Assembly: GCA_963921275.4 (NCBI GenBank)
Contig: OZ001293.3
Span: forward strand, 3,648,001-3,712,000
Source: an uncultured Hormoscilla sp.
GTDB lineage: Bacteria; Cyanobacteriota; Cyanobacteriia; Cyanobacteriales; Desertifilaceae
Direction: 5' to 3'
DNA length: 64,000 nt
Part shown: piece after piece, positions 13,497 to 24,062 of the stretch
Position numbering within the stretch: position 1 is the first letter of the stretch
Layout: each line of letters begins with the position of its first letter
Program-made: the position numbers and the translations under genes
The notes under the pieces: model-generated
Told to the model about the DNA's origin: nothing
Seen by the model: only the letters and a program-made list of their open reading frames with translations
The model's database searches: none

Positions 13497-14963
13497 ATGA
13501 TGCTCAATACAGTTTCTTTCAGCGGCAAGCCCTTTCATTTCATAGGCATTGGTGGAATTGGGATGTCAGCCCTCGCTTACGTTCTTGCCAAGCGTAAGCT
13601 GCCAGTATCTGGCTCGGATCTGAGGGAGTCAGACATAACTAAGCGTTTGCAAGATCTGGGGGCTCATATTTTTGGCAGTCAGGACGCCAGTAACCTGGAT
13701 TTCTTTCAAACTAACCCCGTAGCCCCCTCCGACAGAGCAGTTGGCATGGAGGAGGGCACTAGCAGTTTCTTGGATATAGGAAGACTGGCGACAAAATGGC
13801 CACAAGTGGTCTGTTCAACGGCGATCGACTCTTCTAACTCAGAGTATCGAGCGGCAATGGATTTAGGTTGTTCGATTTTTCATCGCTCGGATTTACTAGC
13901 AGCCCTGATGCAAGATTACCAGAGCATCGCTGTGTCGGGAACCCACGGAAAAACCACAACTAGCAGTCTAATTGGTTACTTGCTGCTGTCAGCGGGTCTG
14001 GATCCAACAATTGTGATAGGAGGAGAAGTGGATGCCTGGTCGGGAAATGCTCGTTATGGGCAAGGGGCCTATCTAGTGGCAGAAGCGGATGAATCTGATG
14101 GCACCCTAGTTAAGCTTTCTCCCGTTGTTGGGGTGATTACCAATATTGAGTTAGATCATCCTGACCACTACTCGACGCTCAATCAGGTGGTGGAAACTTT
14201 TCAGGTATTCTCGCAGCGTTGTCAAACCTTAGTCGGTAGCATCGATTGTGCAATGGTACGGAAGCACATCCAACCGGAGATTAGCTATAGTGTGGAGGTG
14301 AGTGCGGATGCTGATTACAGAGTAGATGAAGTGGAATATGGGGCCTATGGCACGAAGGCGAGGGTTTGGGAGAGGGACAAAATTTTAGGGCCGTTGTCAT
14401 TGCGACTGCTGGGTAAGCACAACCTGAGTAACGCCCTAGCTGCGGTAGCTGTGGGGCGGTTGTTGGGCTTAGATTTTTCTACTATTGCAGCAGCGCTATC
14501 GGGTTTTGTAGGTGCAAAACGCCGCTTCGAGGTGTACTCAGTTGGTTCAGACATTAGTATAGTTGATGACTATGCCCACCACCCCAGTGAAATCCGCGCT
14601 ACCCTAGCAGCTGCCCGCTTGCAAGCCTCACGCAGACGAGTGGTTGCCATTTTCCAGCCCCACCGCTACAGCCGTACCCAGGCTTTTTTGTCAGAATTTG
14701 CCCAATCTTTTGAGCGGGCTGATCTGGTTGTTATCACTGACATATACAGCGCTGGCGAACCAAACCTGGGAAAAATCAGTGGTCAGAATCTGGCGTCAGA
14801 AATTGCCAAGTATCACCAGCATGTCCACTACCAGCCAAGACTAACGGACTTGCCGGAGTTTCTGATCCAAATCCTGCGACCAGGGGACATGGCCTTATTT
14901 ATGGGAGCCGGGAATGCGAATCAGGTAATTCCAGAGGTCTCCCGCATTCTATCGGCTAGCTAA
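13497..14963 (+). CDS. murC: UDP-N-acetylmuramate--L-alanine ligase
   Basis: HFIGIGGIGMSALA, GTHGKTTT, EADESD, DDYAHHPSE, FQPHRYSR. Confidence 0.96.
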   Translation: MMLNTVSFSGKPFHFIGIGGIGMSALAYVLAKRKLPVSGSDLRESDITKRLQDLGAHIFGSQDASNLDFFQTNPVAPSDRAVGMEEGTSSFLDIGRLATKWPQVVCSTAIDSSNSEYRAAMDLGCSIFHRSDLLAALMQDYQSIAVSGTHGKTTTSSLIGYLLLSAGLDPTIVIGGEVDAWSGNARYGQGAYLVAEADESDGTLVKLSPVVGVITNIELDHPDHYSTLNQVVETFQVFSQRCQTLVGSIDCAMVRKHIQPEISYSVEVSADADYRVDEVEYGAYGTKARVWERDKILGPLSLRLLGKHNLSNALAAVAVGRLLGLDFSTIAAALSGFVGAKRRFEVYSVGSDISIVDDYAHHPSEIRATLAAARLQASRRRVVAIFQPHRYSRTQAFLSEFAQSFERADLVVITDIYSAGEPNLGKISGQNLASEIAKYHQHVHYQPRLTDLPEFLIQILRPGDMALFMGAGNANQVIPEVSRILSAS

Positions 14964-15093
14964 GGGTGGCAAGCTGCGCTCAAAGGTGTCATATGGCATG
15001 ATACTTGGCATCAATAGGAGTGCCTTGCTGTTTGCTGCTAGTGGTTATAAAAATAACCCTCACTAAGGCTATTGATCTCACTGATTCGAGCAG

Positions 15094-16350
15094 ATGATTA
15101 TGACTATCTCCTATGACCCCCCCGCCTTTGGACATTCCCAGACAAAATTAGCCCACTGTGCCCAGACTCTTGAGGTAATTGGGACCAGTGGCGGAGATCT
15201 AGCTAAAAGAAAAGCAGATTATGGTGTTGCTCACACAAATTGTATTGATGTTAAATTAGATGTAATAGGTGCTCCTGATTTGAAAGAGGAGACCCAATCT
15301 CAAAGCACTAGACGGGTGGATGTCTCTTCAAATTATCCTCTCGATCTGTCCGTGGCCCGAGAAGTTAAGGAAAGCGCTGGCTCAAAGGCCCCAGGCACCC
15401 TCGCCAAGAGTAAAAGCCTACCGTACATGGCTGACGCCACTCTGAAGCGATCGGAAATTAACATACCAAGAAGCAAATGTTCGATTAAATCCCAGGTATC
15501 TCTGGCTAATTTAACTTCTTATAGAGTGGGAGGCCCAGCTGAGTGGTACATAGATCCCCACAGCTTGTCAGACCTCCAGCAGGGTGTGGCCTGGGCGAGG
15601 TCAAAGGGATTGGCGATTACGGTGTTAGGCGCAGGCTCGAATTTGCTAGTGAGCGATCGGGGTCTGCCGGGTTTGGTGGTCTGTACCCGCAACCTCCGCT
15701 ATACTAATTTCGACCAGGAGACTAGCCAGGTAATCTCAGGTGCAGGTGTGCCGATCGCTCGTCTAGCAAGGCAAGTGGCCCAGCAGGGTTGGCAAGGGTT
15801 AGAATGGGCGGTGGGAATTCCCGGCACAGTCGGCGGTGCGGTAGTGATGAATGCTGGAGCGCACAAAAGCTCTATTGCTGATATACTGGTAAGCACTCAG
15901 GTGCTATCACAGACAGGCACGACAGAAAAGCTGAGGCCCTCTGATTTGGGCTACCGATACCGCCGTTCGGTGCTACAAGGAGGCGATCGCCTAGTTACAG
16001 AGACAACATTCCAATTGCAACCAGTGGGGGATCCTGTCGGTGTGATGACAACGACTAATGCCCATCTCAAGCAGCGGCATGCAACCCAACCTTACCACTT
16101 GCCTAGCTGTGGTAGTGTATTTCGTAATCAGGAACCTTACAATGCAGGCTGGTTGATCGAGCAAACGGGCCTGAAAGGCTATAAAAGAGGAGGAGCTCAG
16201 GTATCCGAACTGCATGCTAACTTCATTCTTAACTGCGGCGGATCCACAGCTAGCGACATTTTTCAGCTGATCTGCTACGTTCAGGAGCAAGTAGAGCAAC
16301 GCTGGTCTATCCGTTTAGAGCCAGAAGTGAAAATTATGGGAGAGTTTTAA
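15094..16350 (+). CDS. murB: UDP-N-acetylenolpyruvoylglucosamine reductase (start uncertain, long N-terminal extension)
   Basis: SYRVGGPA, GAGSNLL, GIPGTVGGAVVMNAGA, PSCGSVFRN, HANFI, LEPEV. Confidence 0.94.
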   Translation: MIMTISYDPPAFGHSQTKLAHCAQTLEVIGTSGGDLAKRKADYGVAHTNCIDVKLDVIGAPDLKEETQSQSTRRVDVSSNYPLDLSVAREVKESAGSKAPGTLAKSKSLPYMADATLKRSEINIPRSKCSIKSQVSLANLTSYRVGGPAEWYIDPHSLSDLQQGVAWARSKGLAITVLGAGSNLLVSDRGLPGLVVCTRNLRYTNFDQETSQVISGAGVPIARLARQVAQQGWQGLEWAVGIPGTVGGAVVMNAGAHKSSIADILVSTQVLSQTGTTEKLRPSDLGYRYRRSVLQGGDRLVTETTFQLQPVGDPVGVMTTTNAHLKQRHATQPYHLPSCGSVFRNQEPYNAGWLIEQTGLKGYKRGGAQVSELHANFILNCGGSTASDIFQLICYVQEQVEQRWSIRLEPEVKIMGEF

Positions 16351-16581
16351 TTCTTTGTGAGGTATGATATCAGTAATTGCAGACGTAAAGGTTGACAAGA
16401 TGACCCCAGGCTATATTCGTGGCAGACCCCGCCTCGGTGTCTCCCGACCCCTAGGAGCACTATCCAGGAGACACCGCAGAAACATCAAGCAGGAAAATTT
16501 TCTCGTTGTGATGGCAAGAGTGCTTTACGTGGGTAAAGTAAGCTAGAAATTAACAAAATTATACTCAATCAATAAGCAGTT

Positions 16582-16926
16582 ATGTCAAAAGGACAGGGAT
16601 TTGGCTTCGGTCTGGGCAAAATGAAAGAGTTGACCGAAGCTTTCAAAAAAGCTCAGCAGGTTCAAGAAGGTGCTCAGCAACTCCAAGCAGAATTGGAAGA
16701 ACTGGAGGTAGAAGGCTCGGCTGGTGGTGGTCTGGTAAAGGCCGTTCTCAATGGTAATCAACGACCCCAGCGAGTCACAATAGCACCGGAGTTGATGTCA
16801 GAAGAGGCAGATGTAGTCTCTGACATGGTTATTGCTGCTATGGTTGATGCCTATAACAAGTCAACTGAAACAATGCGGGAACGTATGGAAAATCTCACAG
16901 AGGGGTTGAATATTCCAGGGCTCTGA
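16582..16926 (+). CDS. ybaB: YbaB/EbfC nucleoid-associated protein
   Basis: [36 protein letters not shown].. Confidence 0.92.
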   Translation: MSKGQGFGFGLGKMKELTEAFKKAQQVQEGAQQLQAELEELEVEGSAGGGLVKAVLNGNQRPQRVTIAPELMSEEADVVSDMVIAAMVDAYNKSTETMRERMENLTEGLNIPGL

Positions 16927-16932
16927 TTGTAG

Positions 16933-16995
16933 CGTAGGACAGGCGATACGCCTATCAGTCAGTTGCGTAGGACAGGCGTATCGCCTGTCAGTCAG
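16933..16995. repeat. Two tandem GTAG-type REP-like hairpins
   Basis: GTAGGACAGGCGATACGCCTATC and GTAGGACAGGCGTATCGCCTGTC; related units at ~45216-45292 (minus) and 27673-27692 (minus). Confidence 0.6.
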
Positions 16996-17218
16996 TGGAA
17001 GAATGCTATAAATGACCGCAGAGAAAGGGTTAAAACTAGTTGAACAAAAATTGACACAGTGACAAGACAAAAACTTAGGTCTGACTACTTATCTCGTGCG
17101 GTCAAAAAGACGATCGCTGGCATGACGACGAGGTGTAGGGGGAACTCAGTTTCTTTCAATCGGGTTAATCCCTCATGGTAGAAGTTGGGTGCCCCAAATT
17201 GTGGAATTTAATTTAACT

Positions 17219-17569
17219 ATGATTGATCGACTATTTGTCTGCCTAGGCAATATATTGCTAGGTCTGGGCACAATGAAAGTGTTGACCGAAGCTTTCAAAA
17301 AAGCTCAGCAGGTTCAAGAAGATGCTCAGCAACTCCAAGCAGAATTGGAAGAACTGGAGGTAGAAGGCTCGGCTGGTGGCGGTCTGGTGAAGGTGGTTTT
17401 CAATGGTAATCAACGACCCCAGCGAGTCACAATAGCACCGGAGTTGATGTCGGAAGAGGCAGATGTAGTCTCCGATATGGTTACTGCGGCTATGGTTGAT
17501 GCTTATAACAAGTTAACTGAAACAAGGCGGGAACGCATGCAAAATATCACGGAAGGGTGGAATTTATAG
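17219..17569 (+). CDS. Chimeric YbaB paralog with the N-terminus of the neighbouring phosphatase
   Basis: MIDRLFVCLGNI (PTP-like) fused to [20 protein letters not shown].. (YbaB). Confidence 0.7.
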   Translation: MIDRLFVCLGNILLGLGTMKVLTEAFKKAQQVQEDAQQLQAELEELEVEGSAGGGLVKVVFNGNQRPQRVTIAPELMSEEADVVSDMVTAAMVDAYNKLTETRRERMQNITEGWNL

Positions 17570-17650
17570 GGCTATGATTGTAAGTGGTCAGTTGTAAGTG
17601 GTCAGTTGTGAGAAGTTGGGTGCCCAAAATTGTTGGTTTTTAATTTAACT

Positions 17651-18133
17651 ATGCCTGATAAACTACTATTTGTCTGCCTGGGCAATATCTCCCGATCGCC
17701 CTCAGCAGAAAACATCATGAATCACCTGATAGATAAAGCTAATCTGTCCGAGGCAATTGTCTGCGACTCGGCAGGCACTAGCAGCTATCATATCGGGAGT
17801 CCCCCAGACCGGCGGATGGCGGCGGCGGCGGCCCAGCAAGGAATTACACTTAAGGGTAGGGCCCGCCAGTTTAAGCAGTCAGATTTTCAGGAGTTCGATC
17901 TGATTCTGGCGATGGACAGGGAAAACTACCGGAACATTCTCTCTCTGGACCGGGCCGGAAAGTACGCTGACAAGGTGCGATTGATGTGTGATTTCTGCAC
18001 CCGCCACACAGAAACAGAAGTCTCAGACCCCTATTACGGGAGACCCGAGGGATTTAATGATGCGATTGATTTACTGATGGATGCCTGTGAGGGTCTTCTA
18101 CAGTATGTTTGCGATCGCGCCATATCTACTTGA
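17651..18133 (+). CDS. Low-molecular-weight protein-tyrosine phosphatase
   Basis: LFVCLGNISRS P-loop, DSAGT, FDLILAMD, DPYYG. Confidence 0.9.
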   Translation: MPDKLLFVCLGNISRSPSAENIMNHLIDKANLSEAIVCDSAGTSSYHIGSPPDRRMAAAAAQQGITLKGRARQFKQSDFQEFDLILAMDRENYRNILSLDRAGKYADKVRLMCDFCTRHTETEVSDPYYGRPEGFNDAIDLLMDACEGLLQYVCDRAIST

Positions 18134-18785
18134 CGAGCTGATGCTGCATGGCAAAATGTACCAGTTCGGCGCGATTGCTGGTGTCGGTTTTCCGCAGCAG
18201 GCTGCTGACGTACTTTTCTATTGTTCGGGGACTTAGGTGCAGGGTGGTGCCAATTTGAGCATTGGAAATACCTGTGGTAATCAGGATCAAAACTTCCTGT
18301 TCTCGTGAGGTAAGACTGATCTCCAAGCTGGTTTCCGATCTCTTCGGTGTCTGGGGTGGTGGGGTGGGTTTGTCTGTGGCTTGCAGACGTGATCGCCATT
18401 CTGATTCGATCAGCTGCGATCGGTCTAGCAGGTTGCGCACTACTACTGCGAGTTCTTCCAACTCAAATGGCTTAGGTAAATAGAGGTCGCACCCCAACTG
18501 ATACCCCCGAATGCGTTCGGTGGTAGAATTCCGCGCGGTCAAGAAGATGACTGGTAATAAGCGCAGGGCCGGTTGTTGGCGGACTTGTCGGACGAACTCG
18601 TAGCCATCCATGAGGGGCATGGCAATATCTGTAATAATTAGGTGAGGTTGGTATTTGGCTACCATCTCTAGGGCTTGTTTCCCATTCTCGGCGGCGATCG
18701 CATCGTAGCCAGACTGTTCCAGGTGGTCGTGGATAGCTATACGAGTCCCTAAGTCATCTTCAGCAATCAAAATTAGCAAAGGCAT
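18126..18785 (-). CDS. NarL/LuxR-family response regulator
   Basis: Receiver domain (AEDD, DIAMP, FLTA, KPF) plus HTH LTSREQEVL..SNAQIG..LSPRTIEKY. Confidence 0.92.
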   Translation of the reverse strand: MPLLILIAEDDLGTRIAIHDHLEQSGYDAIAAENGKQALEMVAKYQPHLIITDIAMPLMDGYEFVRQVRQQPALRLLPVIFLTARNSTTERIRGYQLGCDLYLPKPFELEELAVVVRNLLDRSQLIESEWRSRLQATDKPTPPPQTPKRSETSLEISLTSREQEVLILITTGISNAQIGTTLHLSPRTIEKYVSSLLRKTDTSNRAELVHFAMQHQLVK

Positions 18786-18800
18786 GGTACAAAAAGACGA

Positions 18801-19784
18801 TCAATCAGATGTATCGCGGTCATTCTGGCGAGACCTCATCTGGTCAATTTCCTGCTGCAATTCCTGGATTTGACGGCGCAAGTTGTCTGCTTGATTGCCG
18901 GGGGTTTCTGCTTCCACGTTAACTGCTCCTTGGGCTGGATCTCGCTGATAATTTCCCTGACGAATTTGGCGATATTCTTCAGACTGCGACCACGCCTGTA
19001 AATGGTGTAAGCGGTGAACTGGGAAGGGATGACTTAGCATGGTCCCTTGCATACCGTTGTAGAGGAGAAACTTATATACCTGATTGAGATTATCCCGATC
19101 TAACTCTTGATAATTTTTAGATTGGCGGATAAATTCATTCAAGCTCACTTCGCGAGCGTACTTAGCACTGCCACCAGCAAGCTGCATCATCGTTTGCATT
19201 ACTAAGTCTAGGTCATCGGTCACCAATAGGGCCGCCCGATCGGATGATAACTCAGCTTTACGTTGCCATTCATAAAAGGCATATATTAAGCCTGTGCTGA
19301 CGAGGGTTCCAATGCCCAATGTCATTTCTCCCAGTATAGAGGCGGCACCCCTTGCCCAGATCCCCATTTGAATCAGGATGGTATGACCGCACTTAACATG
19401 TCCTAACTCGTGGGCCAGCACTGCGCGAATTTCCGCTTCACTGAGTAAGTCTATTAAACCGGTATTCACAATTACAGATGGCTGCTTTTGTCCGAGTGCA
19501 TAGGCATTGACCTGGGTATTTTGAGAGACAAACAACCCTGGTTCGGGATATATGTCTAAATCCCGGAGGCATTCGCGATATATCTGGTAAAGACTAGCAT
19601 ACTGACACGGTCCCACTTGAATGCTATTGCCCATGAAAAAGACTAACTGGGGGCGTTCATAAATAAATTATACAAACTTGCGGGCAATTAGATCGAATCC
19701 TGGGACGCTGCGTAATGCTCGTTCTGCCTTCAGATCGAGGGGATGTCTTAATGCTTCACTGGAAATTCCGGGGTAACTAGGCAT
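18801..19784 (-). pseudogene. M48-family metallopeptidase with a premature stop
   Basis: MPSYPGISSEALRHPLD..ARKFV*FIYERP (TAA at 19668-19670); HELGH, AELSSDR, SHP motifs downstream. Confidence 0.82.
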
Positions 19785-19795
19785 GGGTAATTGTA

Positions 19796-19942
19796 CTTTG
19801 TCAGTTGTTAGTTGTTAGTTGTCAGTTGTTAGTTGTCAGTTGTTAGTTGTTAGTTGTCACTGGTCACTGGTCGCTGGTCACTGATAACTGGTCACTGATA
19901 ACTAGTACGCGGTCACTGGTACGTCGGCCTGGTACATGGTCA
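19796..19942. repeat. Heptamer tandem repeats (STRR-like)
   Basis: Runs of GTTGTCA/GTTGTTA followed by CTGGTCA/CTGATAA. Confidence 0.8.
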
Positions 19943-20044
19943 CAGTTCAATGATAGCACATGCGGTAGACGTGGTAAGCTAAAGTAGAAGGCGCGACCCA
20001 CTACCTATTTTACAGATTTCGGTGCTACAACAGGAGGAGGTCTG

Positions 20045-20874
20045 ATGACTGCAACAAAAAACTTAAGGGGCGATCGGGTTCTAGTGGTAGGTGCCACGGG
20101 GGGCGTCGGACAGCTAACAGTGGCAAAGCTACTAGAGAAAGACTATCAGGTTCGCGTTCTGGTAAGAAATGCGGAAAAAGCTCAGAAAATGTTCGATGAC
20201 CAGGTAGAAATTGCCGTAGGAGACATCCGCGATCCCACTACTCTTCCTGCCGCCGTGGAGAATATCACTCACATCATTTGCTGTGCAGGAACCACGGCTT
20301 TTCCATCGAGCATGTGGGAATTAGATCAAATTGAGAAGGGGCAAGAAAATCCGATTGAATGGCTGAAAATTTATCTTAATCCTGAATCGACGCGCGCTCC
20401 GGCTTCTAATAGTCCTGATAAGGTGGATGCAGAGGGTGTTAGCAACCTGTTGGCGGCAGCACCAAAAGCATTAAAGCGGTTTATTTTTGTCTCCTCCATT
20501 GGCATAAGACGGAAAGATAAACCACCTTTTAATATTCTTAATGCTTTCGGGGTGCTGGATGCTAAGCAAAAAGGGGAAGAGGCGATCGCCCGTTCTGGGT
20601 TACCTTATACTATTATCCGCCCAGGACGGCTGATCGACGGCCCTTACACTTCCTACGACTTAAACAGGCTTCTGAAGGCGACCACAGGAGGGAAATTGGG
20701 TGTGGTGGTACTCACGGGGGATACTCTATTAGGTGAAGCTAGTCGCATTGATGTGGCCTCAGCTTGTGTAGAATCTATTGGCAACTCGGTAACCGAAGGG
20801 AAGGTTTTGAGATAATAAATAAAGGACCGAGACCAGAGGCGATCGACTGGACGGCACTCTTTTCTAACCTCTGA
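20045..20874 (+). CDS. NAD(P)-binding Rossmann/SDR (NmrA-like) protein with a frameshift near the C-terminus
   Basis: VLVVGATGGVG, FVSSIG, YTIIRPGRL; the expected tail EIINKGPRPEAIDWTALFSNL lies in another frame after a T-run at ~20805. Confidence 0.8.
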
Positions 20875-21072
20875 TATAGCAGTTCTCTTGCTTAGTGTGA
20901 TATGCTGTGGGAGATTGCTAGCGCTCCGGCGTCGCGCCGCTGCGCTTTTACGAAGTGCGCGCAGCGCTACGGGGGGGATAACTCATAAAGCCTAAGTTAG
21001 TCGCTACGTATCCCCCTCGCAATGACAAATAGCCGATTTGGCTGTACCACATCAATGCCGAGATTCGCTATA
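20875..21072. mobile_element. IS630-like MITE (~198 bp)
   Basis: Ends TATAGCAGTTCTC / GAGATTCGCTATA; the internal palindrome resembles 9440-9500 (minus). Confidence 0.55.
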
Positions 21073-21083
21073 ACCGCCGGTTC

Positions 21084-21695
21084 CTAACTATCCCCAACCC
21101 GCGTCCACAGTGCTAACCCGCCGCCTCGACCCCTGGCTGCAATGGCCCGATCATCCACCAGGAAATAGGTAAAAAATGCCTGATCTTTGACAGTTTTCTG
21201 GTAAAACTGAGCTTCCCGATCTTTACCGGAGCGAATATAGCTCTGATAAAGCTTCATTCCCAAGAAATACAGTTGCATGCGCGTAAAATCGAAGGCTAAG
21301 ATATTTCGCTGGGGCCAAAACTGCGCTGGACCTGTGAGAACTATCTTAAATAGTCCTACTTCCACGGAGTTTTCTATCTTGCCCCGATCGCCTGATGGTT
21401 CGGGTTCTGATGAATAGGATAGAAGAATCTTAACCAACTTGGGCAGAAACCGTCCCGCCCCCAAGATTACTCCAGCCCGTTGGCGGGATTTTTTTGTGCC
21501 TGTGATAAACCCTAATCGCCAGGTGTCCAGCAATTGGGAATAGGTATAATGCGCTTTAGTTTGTTTAGCTGTTTTCTCTGCCTCCAGCAGTGCCTCAACC
21601 ACATCTAAGGGTGCGGGCGCTGTTGTTGAGGCCGTGGTAAGAAACTGAACAGCTTGGTCTATAATTGAGTTCATTGATATCCTTGTGTATGTCAC
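21084..21695 (-). CDS. Conserved cyanobacterial protein (fibrillin-like, tentative)
   Basis: ALLEAEK..LLDTWRLGFITG..ILAFDFTRM..AFFTYFLV..AARGRGGGLALW. Confidence 0.65.
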   Translation of the reverse strand: MTYTRISMNSIIDQAVQFLTTASTTAPAPLDVVEALLEAEKTAKQTKAHYTYSQLLDTWRLGFITGTKKSRQRAGVILGAGRFLPKLVKILLSYSSEPEPSGDRGKIENSVEVGLFKIVLTGPAQFWPQRNILAFDFTRMQLYFLGMKLYQSYIRSGKDREAQFYQKTVKDQAFFTYFLVDDRAIAARGRGGGLALWTRVGDS

Positions 21696-21710
21696 ACATC
21701 CTCTTGATAA

Positions 21711-22880
21711 TTATCTGATAGCAAGATATTCTGGCTCTCTATATTCAGATAATAACTGTGCGATTCGTTTAGGCGTAAACCGGTGACGGTGAAAGTCTGA
21801 CTGGTTTCATTTGCCAGAAACTCTGGTTATCATGGGGGTTAATTTCCCCCTCCCCAGGTGTAGGGGGTCGAGGGTACTACCGGTCCTTAGTGCTACGAAG
21901 TAACATCATCGTGGTGCTCCGCTAGGACTTAAATGTAGGATAGCTGGCAGCCTAAGCCGGCGACACCGCGCTTGTTAGATGCTCATGGTTAGAACAAGCG
22001 AACCTGTGTAAACTTCGTAACTTGAAACCAGCGGAATAAGGCTTGTACGCTGGCCCAAAAAGGAAATGGTAGTTAGTGTTGGTAGTGGTTATTTACCAGC
22101 ATCGCACCCGAAGAACTCCCGGGGTAGAGCAGGAACCTAAAAGCATCGTGAAATGATACCAGGGAACGAAGTAACCTCTTGTGAGCGGTTCGGCTCTACG
22201 GAGCCGAACCAGTTAGATGTAAAGCGCAAGCCACAAGGGGAGGGATGTCCTAAGAAGCAAAAGCCCAGGGTAATGCCTGTGGATAAGCAGACGTAGGACG
22301 GATATGGTAAGATGTTCTGGGAAAAAGTAGCTTTTGAATGTAATAAACCAGGAGAAATCCTAGGGATTAATGGTGGATTAAATCCTAACCGGGTAAAAAT
22401 TCAGGGCCTCAAATATAGAGGAGATGTAAGTAAAGAGCGGATTTAGTGGTTTACTGGTTCACCCCCGCAAACCTTCCGGAGTTAGGTAGTTAACGGTTCA
22501 TCGACTGACCATAAGGGGCAAAATTTCATGGGACAAGGGAGAAATAATCCTGCTGATGACAACAGCTTATCAACCAGTAGCCGTGTGCGGTGAAAGTCGC
22601 TCTTCAGGTTCCGAATGGGAGGGTTGGGAAGCGATTCCTGGCTCGACCCCGACCCACTCAGAGCTGACTCACCCCAAATTTCTCCATTGCTAATAAACTT
22701 CTCTACCTCTACAGTTCCATGGCTTAAGAATTCAATTTCCCAACGTTCCCCCGGTACGGCCACAGTCACCATAACCGCTTCATCGCGATGATGTGCTAAA
22801 CTGTAACTAATCTTTTGTCTTTCCAGTTTTTGCAAGAATACAATCAATTGGTTAAATATATTTTTTTTTATTGATAATTT
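21711..22880 (-). pseudogene. Small conserved protein interrupted by antisense intron C; start codon unclear
   Basis: FNQLIVFLQKLE..VAVPGERWEIEF..VEVEKFISNGEIWGESALS|ELLSEYREPEYLAIR* after removing 21758..22654. Confidence 0.75.
21758..22654 (+). mobile_element. ORF-less group II intron, copy C (full length)
   Basis: Starts GTGCGATTCGTTT; EBS1 GGTTAT pairs with the exon ATAACT; domain V TAGCCGTGTGCGGTGAAAGTCGC..GGTTC; ends CGACCCCGACC. Confidence 0.88.
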
Positions 22881-23122
22881 ATGACCCGAGTACGATTTTT
22901 TTCCCGGACTCATCCGATTTACTGCGGTTCCCGGAGACGCTCGCTCTTTCACTACCTATTGAGTATACTACAGATCAGTTCCCCGGCACCATTGGACTCG
23001 AAGAAGACGACAGTTTTGTCTTTGCTCACCCGCACCAGATCGCCACTCCCCAGTTTCAAATTTTATTATAAATATACTGTTTCTTATCCAATGGGATTAA
23101 CAACATCAAAATTTATTGAATT

Positions 23123-23578
23123 TTACTGAATTTCTTGCCATTCCCGGGCATATGCGAATTGGGAAAAATGCACTAAATTTGTTGTGGCAATTATCACCTC
23201 ATTCCTGTTCTGCGCCGACAAGATTGCCTGCGCTGCCAGAATCACATCCCCATCCAGTGCCTTGGGATCTGCTGTTGGTCTTCCTCTCTGTCTTGCTTCC
23301 GCCCACAAATGTGCTGCTAAAAGCATCACTTCTGTCGTAATGGGAAGATAGGTAATTGCAGCTTTAAGCTGATCTAGGCGCTTAATACCTGCTACTTTAT
23401 CTGCCCGCCGCAACTCACGTCGTACCTCATAATCTGCTATTTCAGGCAAAACTACTTGATAGCCTTTCTCGGGCAAAGAGTCCAGCCAAAGTTTGCACTC
23501 TTGACAGACAGCAGAAGTAGTTTTGGGATTTGTCACCATTCCCAAAGGTCCACTGTCTAACATAACTATTCTACTCAT
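23123..23578 (-). CDS. PIN-domain (VapC-like) toxin
   Basis: MLDSGPLG, EIADYEVRREL, ALDGDVILAAQA, IATTN. Confidence 0.88.
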   Translation of the reverse strand: MSRIVMLDSGPLGMVTNPKTTSAVCQECKLWLDSLPEKGYQVVLPEIADYEVRRELRRADKVAGIKRLDQLKAAITYLPITTEVMLLAAHLWAEARQRGRPTADPKALDGDVILAAQAILSAQNRNEVIIATTNLVHFSQFAYAREWQEIQ

Positions 23579-23617
23579 GGAAACACTATTCGATTATACT
23601 GTACATAACTATTATAC

Positions 23618-23977
23618 TCATGGAAACGCTATTCGATTATCAAGACGGTCAACATCGAGTGCTTGACGCAGATATTCCCAGGTTTCTGTCTGTTCTTCTT
23701 CATCTCCCTCTTCTATCCATTGCCTAGTTAATTCTCTCAGTGCTTGGTGCTGCTTCGCTAGCAGTGCGGATGTTTCCCCGATCGCTCCTGCTTCTGGTTC
23801 GCCTGTTTCCCCGGATTTCATCGTTACGCTCTCGCGAAACAATCTCACCATCTGTAGTAAATTTGACCAGTGTTCTTTAGGTGTTGCTTGAATTTCTTGC
23901 AGTAATTCTGTAATCCCTATTTGAGTCGCATTACTTTCTACTTCACTGCTCAAATGCATTACACTTTGCTTAGACAT
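23618..23977 (-). CDS. Putative antitoxin upstream of the PIN gene
   Basis: Acidic tail WIEEGDEEEQTETWEYLRQALD and operon position. Confidence 0.65.
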   Translation of the reverse strand: MSKQSVMHLSSEVESNATQIGITELLQEIQATPKEHWSNLLQMVRLFRESVTMKSGETGEPEAGAIGETSALLAKQHQALRELTRQWIEEGDEEEQTETWEYLRQALDVDRLDNRIAFP

Positions 23978-24062
23978 AATCGCCTCTTCATTGTTGATCT
24001 CTAGTTTCCATTATAGCGTAGACTTTTTTTTGGGTCGAGCTCTCAGACTACCGGCGCACATC

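Noticed and set aside
13124..13597. ORFs in the gap2-murC intergenic region
   Set aside because: Overlapping, motif-free ORFs in a divergent promoter region; no support.
15094..15460. MurB N-terminal extension as a novel domain
   Set aside because: No recognisable motif and the start codon is uncertain; cannot be supported without an alignment.
16582..17569. Possible diversity-generating retroelement TR/VR pair (ybaB or thiL duplicates near RTs)
   Set aside because: Differences are not restricted to adenines, and the RTs are intron-type with domains V and VI.
22482..22654. C-terminal part of the 156-aa ORF 22482..22952
   Set aside because: Read-through into the antisense strand of intron C; the real tail is at 21711-21757.
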